Origin: Histomonas meleagridis 2922-C6/04-290x
Lineage: Eukaryota; Protista; Parabasalia
Assembly (NCBI GenBank): GCA_020184695.1
Contig: JAANOX010000275.1
Location: forward strand, 62,001 to 126,000
Direction of reading: 5' to 3'
Length of the DNA stretch: 64,000 nucleotides
Part shown: positions 32,801 to 42,252 of the stretch, one piece after another
Layout of the letters: every line of letters starts with the position of its first letter
Position numbering within the stretch: position 1 is the first letter of the stretch
The notes under the pieces: generated by a model
The model's database searches: none
What the model saw: the letters and a program-made list of their open reading frames with translations, nothing else
What the model was told of the DNA's origin: nothing
Made by a program: the position numbers and the translations under genes

Positions 32801-33045
32801 AGACTGACAATTGATTCAGGAGTGAGACCTATTATATCAAGCTTGTCTTCAAGGATAGAAGCGTCGACGATAACAGAACTAATATTGCCATTAACATAGA
32901 GTTTGGTATATCCTGTGAGAGAACTTTGAGAAAATTGAGTTATTGGAACATAATCTGCGGTCACGCTACTGCACAGGTCTGCACTGTTCGCCACACAAAT
33001 GCCTTTGCATGAACAAAATTGAACTAACAAATAGCACAAGATCAT
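29830..33045 (-). CDS. Type I membrane surface protein (1071 aa)
   Basis: Signal peptide, two Cys-capped modules (ICVANSADLC, YCVGGKCD), acidic inserts, TM IIVGCVIVAVVVVAIIVGVIVY, KKKK stop-transfer, short Tyr-containing tail. Confidence 0.85.
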   Translation of the reverse strand: MILCYLLVQFCSCKGICVANSADLCSSVTADYVPITQFSQSSLTGYTKLYVNGNISSVIVDASILEDKLDIIGLTPESIVSLKFSNSSLKDKKLEIINITVEVHSAEIYKSELILENVVLKPINGALKIFSDELVSDTNSIIGVSHIEVCKFELTNIDANLSTDLTINFRFSLSKSNSIKIAKEITADLNLLISRLRLDVTPVGCEHKIIFNSTFVRPKVKFSGIKNHVTVSHEGWFTYLEMWEYEFKLSGGTLSFPTDTWPLTLTNLGDDDDDDDELFFEIKQSHKSTIEIGAQNIPAYIINDCKEPLDIVVTSPNAGITGRIEVATANDMIRSTLQEPITFTTSSIHGESNAKINANTNSTLTLHLRFESSSKHIANNINTIYDYIEIEDEVKYLKNFNLASNGHLQVEVSIEDDGEFQYGRLTTDSAIIPESGTKYNMDLKFDIEVSTSDFEMIKSKLDIPMNVVCSKQSIERDSWVLNYVTEEEEENDDDYYEYEEYEDEEDKFARMFSEVTELRYGTDKNQSCVQLVFISLPPSIAEKYCVGGKCDQGYVTIDMQTMSAIQNKVHKGTKKIDLQINENMTQQYSIQLPNLLNKEAAVTISSKTKSQVNVDMDLTIKDHCSSLSVTNSILNFNIKNSPVDNYTEVNVPTLSIYQSTIIGQLKDQISFTGKKVYLDLQTYQELHNSKYGNLTVEFDQTVSDITITSTGINANGVLISKDKVAGTLGTKFTSMNPINLILNSTTTIPGFKVDVSPIGNNSVINFVGNWESLQNVNDSVIVIKHAGNVTINNITSNLNISLEGTGNVIINLKDGQKKLVVENPMKVSGNVTFDINGEVEFNEIQFSSRAQFKLNSASTTTTIESNEVKAKDVVVRTTASVGGSINSNDVVMKSGTSLVVDTININGNKIIFNYHIGTIPRIETKALISKPKQIIMNYETKDGNIDLNNYIGTTNEIYCTDNTTFTLETCESYLGLITFQATEKDLNGENSVLKAYCSNNADTLNTKVMTCINVNLTAAPEISGGGSSGSKTAIIVGCVIVAVVVVAIIVGVIVYKKKKGTGDYKSYNTIG

Positions 33046-33617
33046 TACACCAAAATGAATTTAAGCCCACTCAAAATTGTATCATTTACGAAAAGCCCAT
33101 TCAAATAACACAATTTTCAATTATTGTTTTTTTGGAATTGAATTAAAATTATATCAAAAAGTTTCCAATATTTTCGGTTAATGTTCAAAATTTCAACTTC
33201 GATCAGGTCCAAAATTGACAAAAGCACTCAAATTCCGGTGTTCTCCAAAAACACTGCAAAGACAACAATGGAATACAAATATCAGTAAAAAATTATCACA
33301 TTGAGTGACAATTCCACTGTTTTGTGTTTGTATCATAATGTATTTCTGAAGACGATCAGATTTCCGTATAAATTTCATCATCTTTCAAAAAATATTTTAT
33401 AAACTTTCAAATACTTTATTAATGCACTCATTGTTGTAAAAATTTTCATCTTTCAATATTGTAATTTTAATACATTAATATTTTCTATTTTTGGATTTTT
33501 CATAAATTATTTTAATGAAGTCTCTGTTGTATATTGATTGATTTAATTTTAATGATTTTTTCCCCTGTAGGTTGGTTTTCCTGCGCAACTAAATCAGGGG
33601 AAGTCATTTGTTGAATT

Positions 33618-33625
33618 AACGGTTT
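33618..33625 (+). promoter_or_regulatory. M3-like element (AACGGTTT)
   Basis: Consensus match 14 bp upstream of ATG 33640. Confidence 0.4.
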
Positions 33626-33639
33626 CCGAAGAGAAGCTC

Positions 33640-36600
33640 ATGGATTCACCAATTTATATTGAGGATGTGTTTTCAGTAGCTTCTTTCAAGGATTCACTGG
33701 CTCAAACAGGGCTCGTATTTACAGATGATCAAATTATTTCTTTAATTAATGAAAAAACAATAACAATATTTTCGAATTCGAATTTTTTTCTTGTAAATTT
33801 GGAAAATCCTGAAACGTCCACACTTTTAGATGTAGGCGATACTACAAATGTAGACATTTCACCATCATTAAATACGATGGTTCAATTTCAGTTTGGAAAA
33901 ATACACTTTATGAATTATCAAACGCAAACCATATTTCTTTCATACAAGCTTGATGGCGATTTTTTTATCTCATTTTTAAAATGGGTTCTTAATGATACTG
34001 TAATTTTGATTCGGAATGATGGTTTTATTTTTCATATTGAAATAGACACTTATAAACAAACAAGTTCTTCATCTGATGTTTATCATATTCCCAAGATAGT
34101 TGAATTTGACATCATTTCAAATTGCATTGAATCAATTGACAAGAATTATTTTTGTGTTACTTGTCTTAAATCTGATAAATCGCTTGGCCGAGTTCTTCTT
34201 TTTACTAAAGGCCGAGATATTCCACGAATATATGAAGGTACAGCCTCAACATTTACTGATGATTATTCATATCTTATAATCTGTCACAAAATCCATAATA
34301 TGATAAAAGTATTTATAATTAAAGTTGATGATCAAACAGATGTTGATGATTCATTTAATAATCGAATCATTAATATTCATTTAGAAGAAACATTAATTGA
34401 AGATTATCCGACATATGTAATCTATAATCCGCGATATTCCAGTGCATTTGTATTTACTAATAAAGGCTTTTTATATATAATAAATATACAAACTGCAGAA
34501 GTAATATATTCCATGATAATTAGTCAGGAACTTAATATTCAACAATTTTATTTTTCGCAACAAATGAATGAAATATATATACTATTGCAAGATGAAAGTA
34601 TCAACAAAATTAAATTTAATGATCAAATATTTATTGATTATATTATAATTGAAAAAGAAATTCCAAGTTCATTATTTACAATGAATGATTATATTTCAAT
34701 ATGTTCAAACAAAGAATTTAATAACGTTCAATTAGAGCAATTAATTTCATCAAATAATTATACAGCAATTTCATTAATGGCATCGACTAATCCGAATTAT
34801 AAAGATATTTGTTTAATACGATTATTAAAAGAGAACAACAAAAAATTTACGTATTTATTCTTAAATCAAATGATCTCTATGAAAAATATCAAATTTAATG
34901 AAATCGAAACAATTATATTTTGTAAGTTATTAATCGAAAATAATCAACAAATGCAAATAGTCCAAATATTTATTGATAATTTAACTATAACTAAAAATGT
35001 TGCAGATAGATGTCGGAAAGATATTCGAATTGCTATGAAGTTTTATGATCATTTAAAGATGTATGATAATATTTTAGAGTTATGTATCGAAAACGAAATG
35101 TATAATAAAGTCCAAGAAATATTTCAAATGAAATCTGATTATTCACCAAATTGGATAAATATTATTCAAGTTATCATTGAAAAAAATCCCGACAAAATCG
35201 AAAACTTCATAAATTTCTTAAGAGTTCAAGACATTTTTAATGAAAACCTTAAAATTATCATCAAAATATTATGCGAAAATCAAATGTATTACATTGCAAT
35301 TAATTTTATATTATCATTAATTAAAAGAGGCCGACAAATTGATTCCGAAACACAAACGAAATTAATAAAATTATGTTTATTATATAAACCTAAATATGGA
35401 TTATCATTAATATCTAATAATATATGTAAAGATTATGATAAAGAAAAAATCGAACAAATTAAAAATTATATTATATCTAAGAATTATATATATACATTTT
35501 TAGATAATTTGGTTAATGTTAATTCGCCAATCATTAATACAATTCAATACTATATGTTTAAGAATTATTTCGAGAAACAAAACTATGAAAGTGCATCTAA
35601 ATTTTTATTATATAATTCTAAACTTTGTATATTTTTATCATCGTCACAATATTTCATGAATTATTTAATAACAAATTCGTTGACAGATATAATTCATACG
35701 ATATATTTCGTATATAAAAAATATAATTTAAACATTCAAACGATTACTAATCCAAATGATTTTATCTTAGCTTGTAAATATTGTACTTATCCAATTATAG
35801 CTATTCATGGACATAATGAAAGTTCTCCTTATTATCCTATAAATTTTGATTCCGAACAATATGAATCAGCTTTAAAGGTTTTGTTGGATAGAGATGATCC
35901 AGAGTTATTAATTAATTGTTTAAATGATTTGAATAAATTAATTGCAATAGAAGCTAATCCTATAACACCTTTATATTATGTTATAAAAGAAAAAAAAGTG
36001 TCGCTTTTAAAGCAAATGTGGATAATAATTAAACCGTTTGATTTAAATGATCATGATTTATTACTTGCTTATTCTTATTGGAAACATTTATATCCAAATG
36101 AAAAACCACCGTTTTATCTGGAGAGAACGTTAAAGAAACATATTTTGAACGTTAACTTCAAAATTGTGAGTATGAAAGCAAACGATAAAATTCCATTGAA
36201 TAATTCAATAAGTGTAACTGATTATCATTGTTTAAATGTTTCTTCAATTTTTTTGGATGCAAATAAACTTTTTAGTTATCTCTTAAATAGAATTAATCGT
36301 TATAATCTGGAATTTAATATTTCGCCTGTGATAATGATTAATAATCGATATCTAATTATGCAATTGCCTTGTTTGTTTTTGGCCGATTCAAATGCCCTGA
36401 TACATCCAAAACTTTATACAGAAGTGACACCTATCGGCGAGGAAGCAACTGGAACTGGACCCGTTCAAGATTTGTTTAATTCTTATTTTAAAGAATTATC
36501 AAAATTAGATATATTCGATGTGGATGAAAATACTACAATGATATTGCCGACTGCTGCTGCTAGTGCTTCCAAAGAAAGAATCGATGAAATTGAAAGAATA

Positions 36601-37524
36601 TTTTACGGACTTGGTGTTGTATTCTTAAAAACGTTAATAGACATGAGACAAATGGGAGGCGTCAATGATGTTAATAACAAGAAAATGCCAACAGAACTCA
36701 TTTTCCATCCTTGGATATTTCAAGCCTTAAGTTGGAAGTTTAGTTCCAATACAAAACATTTACTTAATGAAAGTCTTTTATACGATTACAAATTTGCCGA
36801 ATTTTTAAGTTCTGCTAAAGAATCAAATAATATTGAATTCATTAAGTATGAAGTAACCACAAACAAGTTATTCTTATTTAATCGAAAGCTCTTCTTTAGG
36901 GCCATATACGATGGCTTTAATTTAAATTATCGAAGAGGCTTTTTACCCAAGTCATTTAAAACCGAAATGGAAAAATCCAAGAAAGAGCTCACTGAATTTT
37001 ACAAGATCATCAACAGTATATCACCAGAGTCAGTGCAGCTATTAATAGTTGGCTCACCACGGATTCATGCGCATGTTCTCTTGGACAAATTCATCTTCCA
37101 AGCGTATGAAGGCGTTGACCTATCAGGCGAAGGCTCTGATAAGTTAATGGACTTATCAAAGAGTCCGCAAAACGCGAAACTCTTCGAGAAGGTAAAGAAC
37201 ATATTCCGTAATTACATCAAAAAACTTTGCGACAAGCCGCAGCAAACAAAGATAAAGCGATTCCTGAGTTACCTGTTCGGCGTTCCAAGTTTCTCGCCGC
37301 TCATGCACGAGAAATGGCTCTTTGCAGTTTCGTTCTATTCGAGGGCAAAGTTTTTGGACGCGTTCGCATGCGACAGGTTTGTTATTGTGCCGATGTTCGA
37401 CTCCGAAAAGGAATTGGACGAAATCGTAAATAACACGTTGATAAACCACGAAAAAGACGCAGTAAGCAGAGACGTAATATACGCCAGACAAGTCCACGAT
37501 ACGTTTGACCCAAAGAACGAATGA
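33640..37524 (+). CDS. Clathrin heavy chain N-terminal-like region fused to a HECT-like E3 ligase domain
   Basis: aa 1-600 align by eye to the clathrin propeller, linker and first repeats; aa ~925-1280 show HECT motifs with a candidate catalytic Cys1244 in DAFACDRFVIVPMF. Confidence 0.7.
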   Translation: MDSPIYIEDVFSVASFKDSLAQTGLVFTDDQIISLINEKTITIFSNSNFFLVNLENPETSTLLDVGDTTNVDISPSLNTMVQFQFGKIHFMNYQTQTIFLSYKLDGDFFISFLKWVLNDTVILIRNDGFIFHIEIDTYKQTSSSSDVYHIPKIVEFDIISNCIESIDKNYFCVTCLKSDKSLGRVLLFTKGRDIPRIYEGTASTFTDDYSYLIICHKIHNMIKVFIIKVDDQTDVDDSFNNRIINIHLEETLIEDYPTYVIYNPRYSSAFVFTNKGFLYIINIQTAEVIYSMIISQELNIQQFYFSQQMNEIYILLQDESINKIKFNDQIFIDYIIIEKEIPSSLFTMNDYISICSNKEFNNVQLEQLISSNNYTAISLMASTNPNYKDICLIRLLKENNKKFTYLFLNQMISMKNIKFNEIETIIFCKLLIENNQQMQIVQIFIDNLTITKNVADRCRKDIRIAMKFYDHLKMYDNILELCIENEMYNKVQEIFQMKSDYSPNWINIIQVIIEKNPDKIENFINFLRVQDIFNENLKIIIKILCENQMYYIAINFILSLIKRGRQIDSETQTKLIKLCLLYKPKYGLSLISNNICKDYDKEKIEQIKNYIISKNYIYTFLDNLVNVNSPIINTIQYYMFKNYFEKQNYESASKFLLYNSKLCIFLSSSQYFMNYLITNSLTDIIHTIYFVYKKYNLNIQTITNPNDFILACKYCTYPIIAIHGHNESSPYYPINFDSEQYESALKVLLDRDDPELLINCLNDLNKLIAIEANPITPLYYVIKEKKVSLLKQMWIIIKPFDLNDHDLLLAYSYWKHLYPNEKPPFYLERTLKKHILNVNFKIVSMKANDKIPLNNSISVTDYHCLNVSSIFLDANKLFSYLLNRINRYNLEFNISPVIMINNRYLIMQLPCLFLADSNALIHPKLYTEVTPIGEEATGTGPVQDLFNSYFKELSKLDIFDVDENTTMILPTAAASASKERIDEIERIFYGLGVVFLKTLIDMRQMGGVNDVNNKKMPTELIFHPWIFQALSWKFSSNTKHLLNESLLYDYKFAEFLSSAKESNNIEFIKYEVTTNKLFLFNRKLFFRAIYDGFNLNYRRGFLPKSFKTEMEKSKKELTEFYKIINSISPESVQLLIVGSPRIHAHVLLDKFIFQAYEGVDLSGEGSDKLMDLSKSPQNAKLFEKVKNIFRNYIKKLCDKPQQTKIKRFLSYLFGVPSFSPLMHEKWLFAVSFYSRAKFLDAFACDRFVIVPMFDSEKELDEIVNNTLINHEKDAVSRDVIYARQVHDTFDPKNE

Positions 37525-37877
37525 AATATAAAGATAAATTATTAATAAAATATAAATTAATTGTCGATATGGTAAATGTTTAAAAGTGAAACTTCTGCTA
37601 AAGCAATTAATGTAATTATTATTGTTTCATGTAGTTGGTCACTTAATTTATGCAATTTTTTATTATTGTTCGCATATGAAAACTCATTTTCAAACATTTT
37701 TACACCTACTTCTATACAGACATAGATTCACCCAAATTAAAATTTGGCAACGAATCTTCGTGGTCGGAATTAGGAAAAACGCGATAGACAACACTTAATT
37801 AACATTAATTCATTTTTGTTCAATGTGTAATTTATCTATTTAGAAGAAAAAGTTTTCTAAATGACACAAACTTGATG

Positions 37878-38300
37878 CTAAAGTGCTGTTTGGAATAATT
37901 TAAATAATTTCCAATTATTATTGAAATAAAGAATTATTAAATTTAATTTTAAATAAAACAAATAAATATCTTTAGCATTAAAATCAATTCCTTCTTGAAC
38001 AAGATGTAATTTAACTATTTCTATATAAAATAGTTTTAGAAATTTTAAGGAAAATTCAACTACTGCTTCATATGCATCTTTAAATGTTGAATGATTTTGT
38101 TCACATAAGTGAATGATTTCATCATTTCCACATCCAGCTGCATATCTACAAGTAATAATTGCATTCATAAGTAAATGGAAACTGAATCAAAAAAAGCTCC
38201 ATAATCAATTAATATAACATTTGGTTTGCTAACAAAAAATATTTTTCATCATATGCTAAAATGTTGATATATTGAAGTCTTTCTATTTAGGATTATAATC
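37878..38300 (-). pseudogene. Truncated DUF3447/ankyrin gene relic with one spacer-type insert
   Basis: IDYGAFF, GCGNDEIIHLCEQNH, EGIDFNAKD then an 81-nt AT-rich spacer, TAL, stop; paralogous to 49459-52358. Confidence 0.75.
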
Positions 38301-38841
38301 ATTAATGAATCTGATTCCCATTGAATTTCTCCCTCTAATTGTTTTTTAGTAAAATTTATTCTTTTCACGACTTGAGGAGGTGTGAGTTTTTGGATTGCTC
38401 TAAGTTAGAGAACTTCAATTTTATGAGCTTTATTTTTAAAAGCCTCTCTATAATGCTGCATAAAAATAGGTGGGATATACACTATATTTTTTATTAGATT
38501 TTTACTATAAGTTTAAAATTATTTTATCTAATCAAAAATAAAATTTCAATCACAACAAATAAAACTTCACCTAATGGTGTTACACATTTTAATGGAATAT
38601 TTCAAGATGTTTCTGATTATAAAGTCAATTGATTTAATAGAATGTTGAGATATCTTAAAAACTAATAAACAAAAATGACAGAATTTATCTTCTCCTTATT
38701 TTTTGGAGTTTTTTCCTAAGAATGTGACAAATTAGAAGAAACCGTCAAAGAGATTTTTTTCGCGTAAATAATTGAAAACAAATTTCTGATAAACGATAAC
38801 ATTTACATAAAAAGTGGATTCAATACATTGAAACATATCAC

Positions 38842-40611
38842 ATGACCGTTGAAACAGATGAGCTCGAAATCAAGAAACTTTTGGGGAAAAGAATCCGTGT
38901 AGATAACTTGGATGTGGTCATTGAGAATCAAATTTCCAAAAAGAAGAACACAATTGTTTATCTTGCTTCTGATATCCGTGGCAAAAGTTATGCTTTAAAA
39001 GCAATACAATCACCAAATGATAGTGAATTCAGGAATTCTATTCAGGAGTGCAAAATTTATCAGGAAGTTTCGTTAGAAACTAATATTATTTCTATTTTTG
39101 GAATAGAATTTTTTTCAAAAGCAAGAGTTGCCATAATTTTAATGGAACTTGCACAGTATTCATTAAAGGAGTATATGAAAAACAAAGCAAAAGAAATGAC
39201 AGAAAAAAAAATTATTGAAATTTTTCAATCAATTTGTACTGGAGTTCATTCACTCCATATACAAGATAACCCAATTGCGCACATGTGCCTCACTGCAAGT
39301 AATATTCTTTATAGCCATGGCGTTTGGAAGATAACAGATTTTGGAAGCTCAACATCCATTGATTCGGATTCAATCAACTACGATTCCATTAGCAAGAAGC
39401 TTTGTCCTCCAGAAATACTTCTTGGAAACGAAGTTGATAGCCTTAAAGTTGATATCTGGCAACTCGGATGTCTTCTTTATAAAATGTGTACGCAAAAATC
39501 ACCATTTAAAGGTAAAACAGAGTCCGAAATAATTCATGCAGAATGCGCAATACCTGAAAATCTTAATAGTCAAATGACAGAATTAATTAAGTTTTGCTTA
39601 AACCCTGATCCACGTTGTCGCCCCACAATAATTGGTGTTCTTTCGAAAACTCATTTATTGTTTCCTGCTTATACTGATCCACGACATTGTCACCCACCAA
39701 AACCAAATTGTTCAACTGAAATCTTATCTCTCCCACACTCACCTCACCCACCACTTCCATCTTTTCCACCGCCAGGTTCTAAGGTCACATCTGCCTCTTT
39801 GAATCAAATCCCACGACTTCAAAGAAGGCAGCACGTATCGTACAACCGCATTAACCGCTTTAAACGGCTGAGTGAATCACAATTGAATGAAATCAACTCA
39901 CAAGTTAACCGCCTTAATAATCTTCTTCCTCCTGTTAATGTTGAAGAAATACTTGATCGAATAATGAACGACCGTGACAATTTGGTTAACGAACTCTTAA
40001 ATAGTACTCCAAATGATTTCAACAATACATTAAATCTTGAAATGCAATTCTCACCTGAAGAAACTCAAAGATTTCTCTTTTGTATTCTTCATTCCAGCAA
40101 AACAAAGATCTCTTTTGTGCTCTCCAATGCTCCAATTTTTCATGATGAATATGCACAAAATGCATGGGACTCACGAGTCGAAATTAACAGAGAGTTCCCA
40201 ATGTTCGAAGGCAATTTCTCATTGCATAAGTTCAAACGACATTGCGTCAAAAACAACATTGAGATGGTTGGATCTTCTCCAATCTGCCTTAAAGCTATCA
40301 ACAAGCTCCAAAACCATGTCGACTTCATCATCGAGATGCTGTCTCATGACACATGCGTTGATTTTGCGAACGAAGCACTTTTTAGTTATCAGATTATCTC
40401 TTACATCATTAGCAAACTCCTTTCAAAGAACATAGATAAGGAAACTTTGGAGGGTAGTGTAATAAAGAGGCTAGAAGGACAACACAGAAAGTTGCTTCCG
40501 TTCTTTGCTAAATTGGGAAATGGAGATTTCCCAATACATGCACATACATTCAAAACAAATAAAATTATACACGGACCAAAGCGATCGCAAAAGAAAAAAT
40601 CACGGAAATAA
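38842..40611 (+). CDS. NAK-family-like protein kinase, probable pseudokinase
   Basis: YALK, NPIAHMCLTASNIL (HRD and Lys lost), KITDFGSS, KVDIWQLGCLLYKMC; Pro-rich linker and helical C-terminus. Confidence 0.75.
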   Translation: MTVETDELEIKKLLGKRIRVDNLDVVIENQISKKKNTIVYLASDIRGKSYALKAIQSPNDSEFRNSIQECKIYQEVSLETNIISIFGIEFFSKARVAIILMELAQYSLKEYMKNKAKEMTEKKIIEIFQSICTGVHSLHIQDNPIAHMCLTASNILYSHGVWKITDFGSSTSIDSDSINYDSISKKLCPPEILLGNEVDSLKVDIWQLGCLLYKMCTQKSPFKGKTESEIIHAECAIPENLNSQMTELIKFCLNPDPRCRPTIIGVLSKTHLLFPAYTDPRHCHPPKPNCSTEILSLPHSPHPPLPSFPPPGSKVTSASLNQIPRLQRRQHVSYNRINRFKRLSESQLNEINSQVNRLNNLLPPVNVEEILDRIMNDRDNLVNELLNSTPNDFNNTLNLEMQFSPEETQRFLFCILHSSKTKISFVLSNAPIFHDEYAQNAWDSRVEINREFPMFEGNFSLHKFKRHCVKNNIEMVGSSPICLKAINKLQNHVDFIIEMLSHDTCVDFANEALFSYQIISYIISKLLSKNIDKETLEGSVIKRLEGQHRKLLPFFAKLGNGDFPIHAHTFKTNKIIHGPKRSQKKKSRK

Positions 40612-40919
40612 CTGTTTTTTGTTTTTTGCCTAATTTTATACCATGAATAAAACATAATGAAATATTTTGTCAATTGACTTCTTTTGAATACATTTTGATC
40701 GGAATGTATTGAAACTGATTTACAATTTCACTATGTTCCATTGGGACAAAATAAATTTATGTTATTCGTTTAATTTTTTGACTATTATTTCTTTTGGAAA
40801 ATTTCTCATAAGTGTCAGAGCATCAGTTGATAAAACATATCTCTTTCCGGGGTGTATGTATTTTAGGTTTTTCATCCTTTATTATGTTATTTGATTCCAA
40901 TTTTTGATGGCTGGGCACA

Positions 40920-41390
40920 GTAAACAATAAACATTTCTTGGAGATTTATGTTCTCTTTTGCTGAAGTTTCACAAAATTTTGTACCAAGGCTTTCTGCAAG
41001 TTCTCTTCCTCGCAAGGAGCAAAGCTTTGCTCACTTTTCTTTCATCTGAAAGATTACATTTATTCCCACATATCAAAATCTGGTTATTTTTTGTTTCTTT
41101 TACAAATTTCATTTGCTCATAAAAGGTTCCTATAGCTCTAAAACTCGATTCTTTGGTTCTTGAGTCCATGATGATGGATCCGTCCCCTTGAGTTAAATTT
41201 TTTGACTAAAATTATATATTCTCTTCATCTGGGCCTATAAGGTCTTTGGTACATACTTCTTTACCGTTGACTCTTTGTTTTCACATAGAAAAATTGTGAT
41301 TTTCGTAATCATCATTAAATTATTTGTAGTTGTAATTGTTATAACCAACAGCATATGATCCAAGTACAATAATTGTTATTTGTGTGTCTA
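40920..41390 (-). pseudogene. Decayed Ras-family GTPase
   Basis: Minus-strand pieces IIVLGSYAVG, ILICGNKCNLSDERKVS, EELAESLGTKFCETSAKENINLQEMF with stops and frameshifts. Confidence 0.7.
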
Positions 41391-41529
41391 TACCAGAGTT
41401 GAGCGATTTAAATCACTTAAACAAGAAAAGTAGTAATAAATAAAGAATTGTTAAGGAACCAAACTTAAAAACATTTGTGTTTCACACCAGACAAATTATT
41501 AAACATAAAACAATTTTACTGAGATTAAG

Positions 41530-42186
41530 CTAATTAAAAATAGCTTTTAAAACACATTTAGTGGGAAGGTCTTTGAATATTTGATTTGGATTTTCATTTT
41601 CCTGTCGTTTAAGTTGCTCAAAAACAAACTTTTTACTAGCCCAAATTGGAATTGCTTTTCCATGAATTTCAAGTAATTCATCATCATATTCATTATCTGA
41701 AAAATCACTGTAATCTTCATCATCACTTTCTGTCATTTGATATGATTTCACATTTATATTATTAATAGAGAATCTAAATGGTACTGGTGGCGCAGCATAA
41801 GATGCGGAACGCTTTTGTTTTTCTGTATTGATTGCCCATTTCTGGTGAAATTGAGATGCAAACTCTGAGAGATCGTGATACATTCCGCATGTATTAGGAG
41901 TTATTTCTGTTTCATCGATATCAGAATCAGATAAAATAGATTCATCCATAAATTGCATATTTGAATTGTATGATCGAGATTCATCTGATATGTCTGTTGA
42001 ATTGTCTGTCTTTTCAGATATATTAGAAGTAAAATCACTTTTTTTAATATTTGTATCATAACAATTTATCTGAAATTCAACACTTTTCAACCAATCAAAG
42101 TGAATTCCTGTATTTACTTCAAAATTGTTTAGTTCACATTTTAATGTTGTTCTCAGATCTTTAACTTTCTCTATGATGCTTCTCAT
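41530..42186 (-). CDS. Short INCENP IN-box (Aurora-binding) domain protein
   Basis: YQMTESDDEDYSD...KAIPIWASKKFVFEQLKRQENENPNQIF...LKAIF fits the IN-box P-x-W-A...Q...P..IF...L..IF pattern. Confidence 0.65.
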   Translation of the reverse strand: MRSIIEKVKDLRTTLKCELNNFEVNTGIHFDWLKSVEFQINCYDTNIKKSDFTSNISEKTDNSTDISDESRSYNSNMQFMDESILSDSDIDETEITPNTCGMYHDLSEFASQFHQKWAINTEKQKRSASYAAPPVPFRFSINNINVKSYQMTESDDEDYSDFSDNEYDDELLEIHGKAIPIWASKKFVFEQLKRQENENPNQIFKDLPTKCVLKAIFN

Positions 42187-42252
42187 CCTTATTGGATTTT
42201 AACGTACATAAAAACATTGGCCGTTTATTATTCAGCCTCCAGCTAATTAGGA

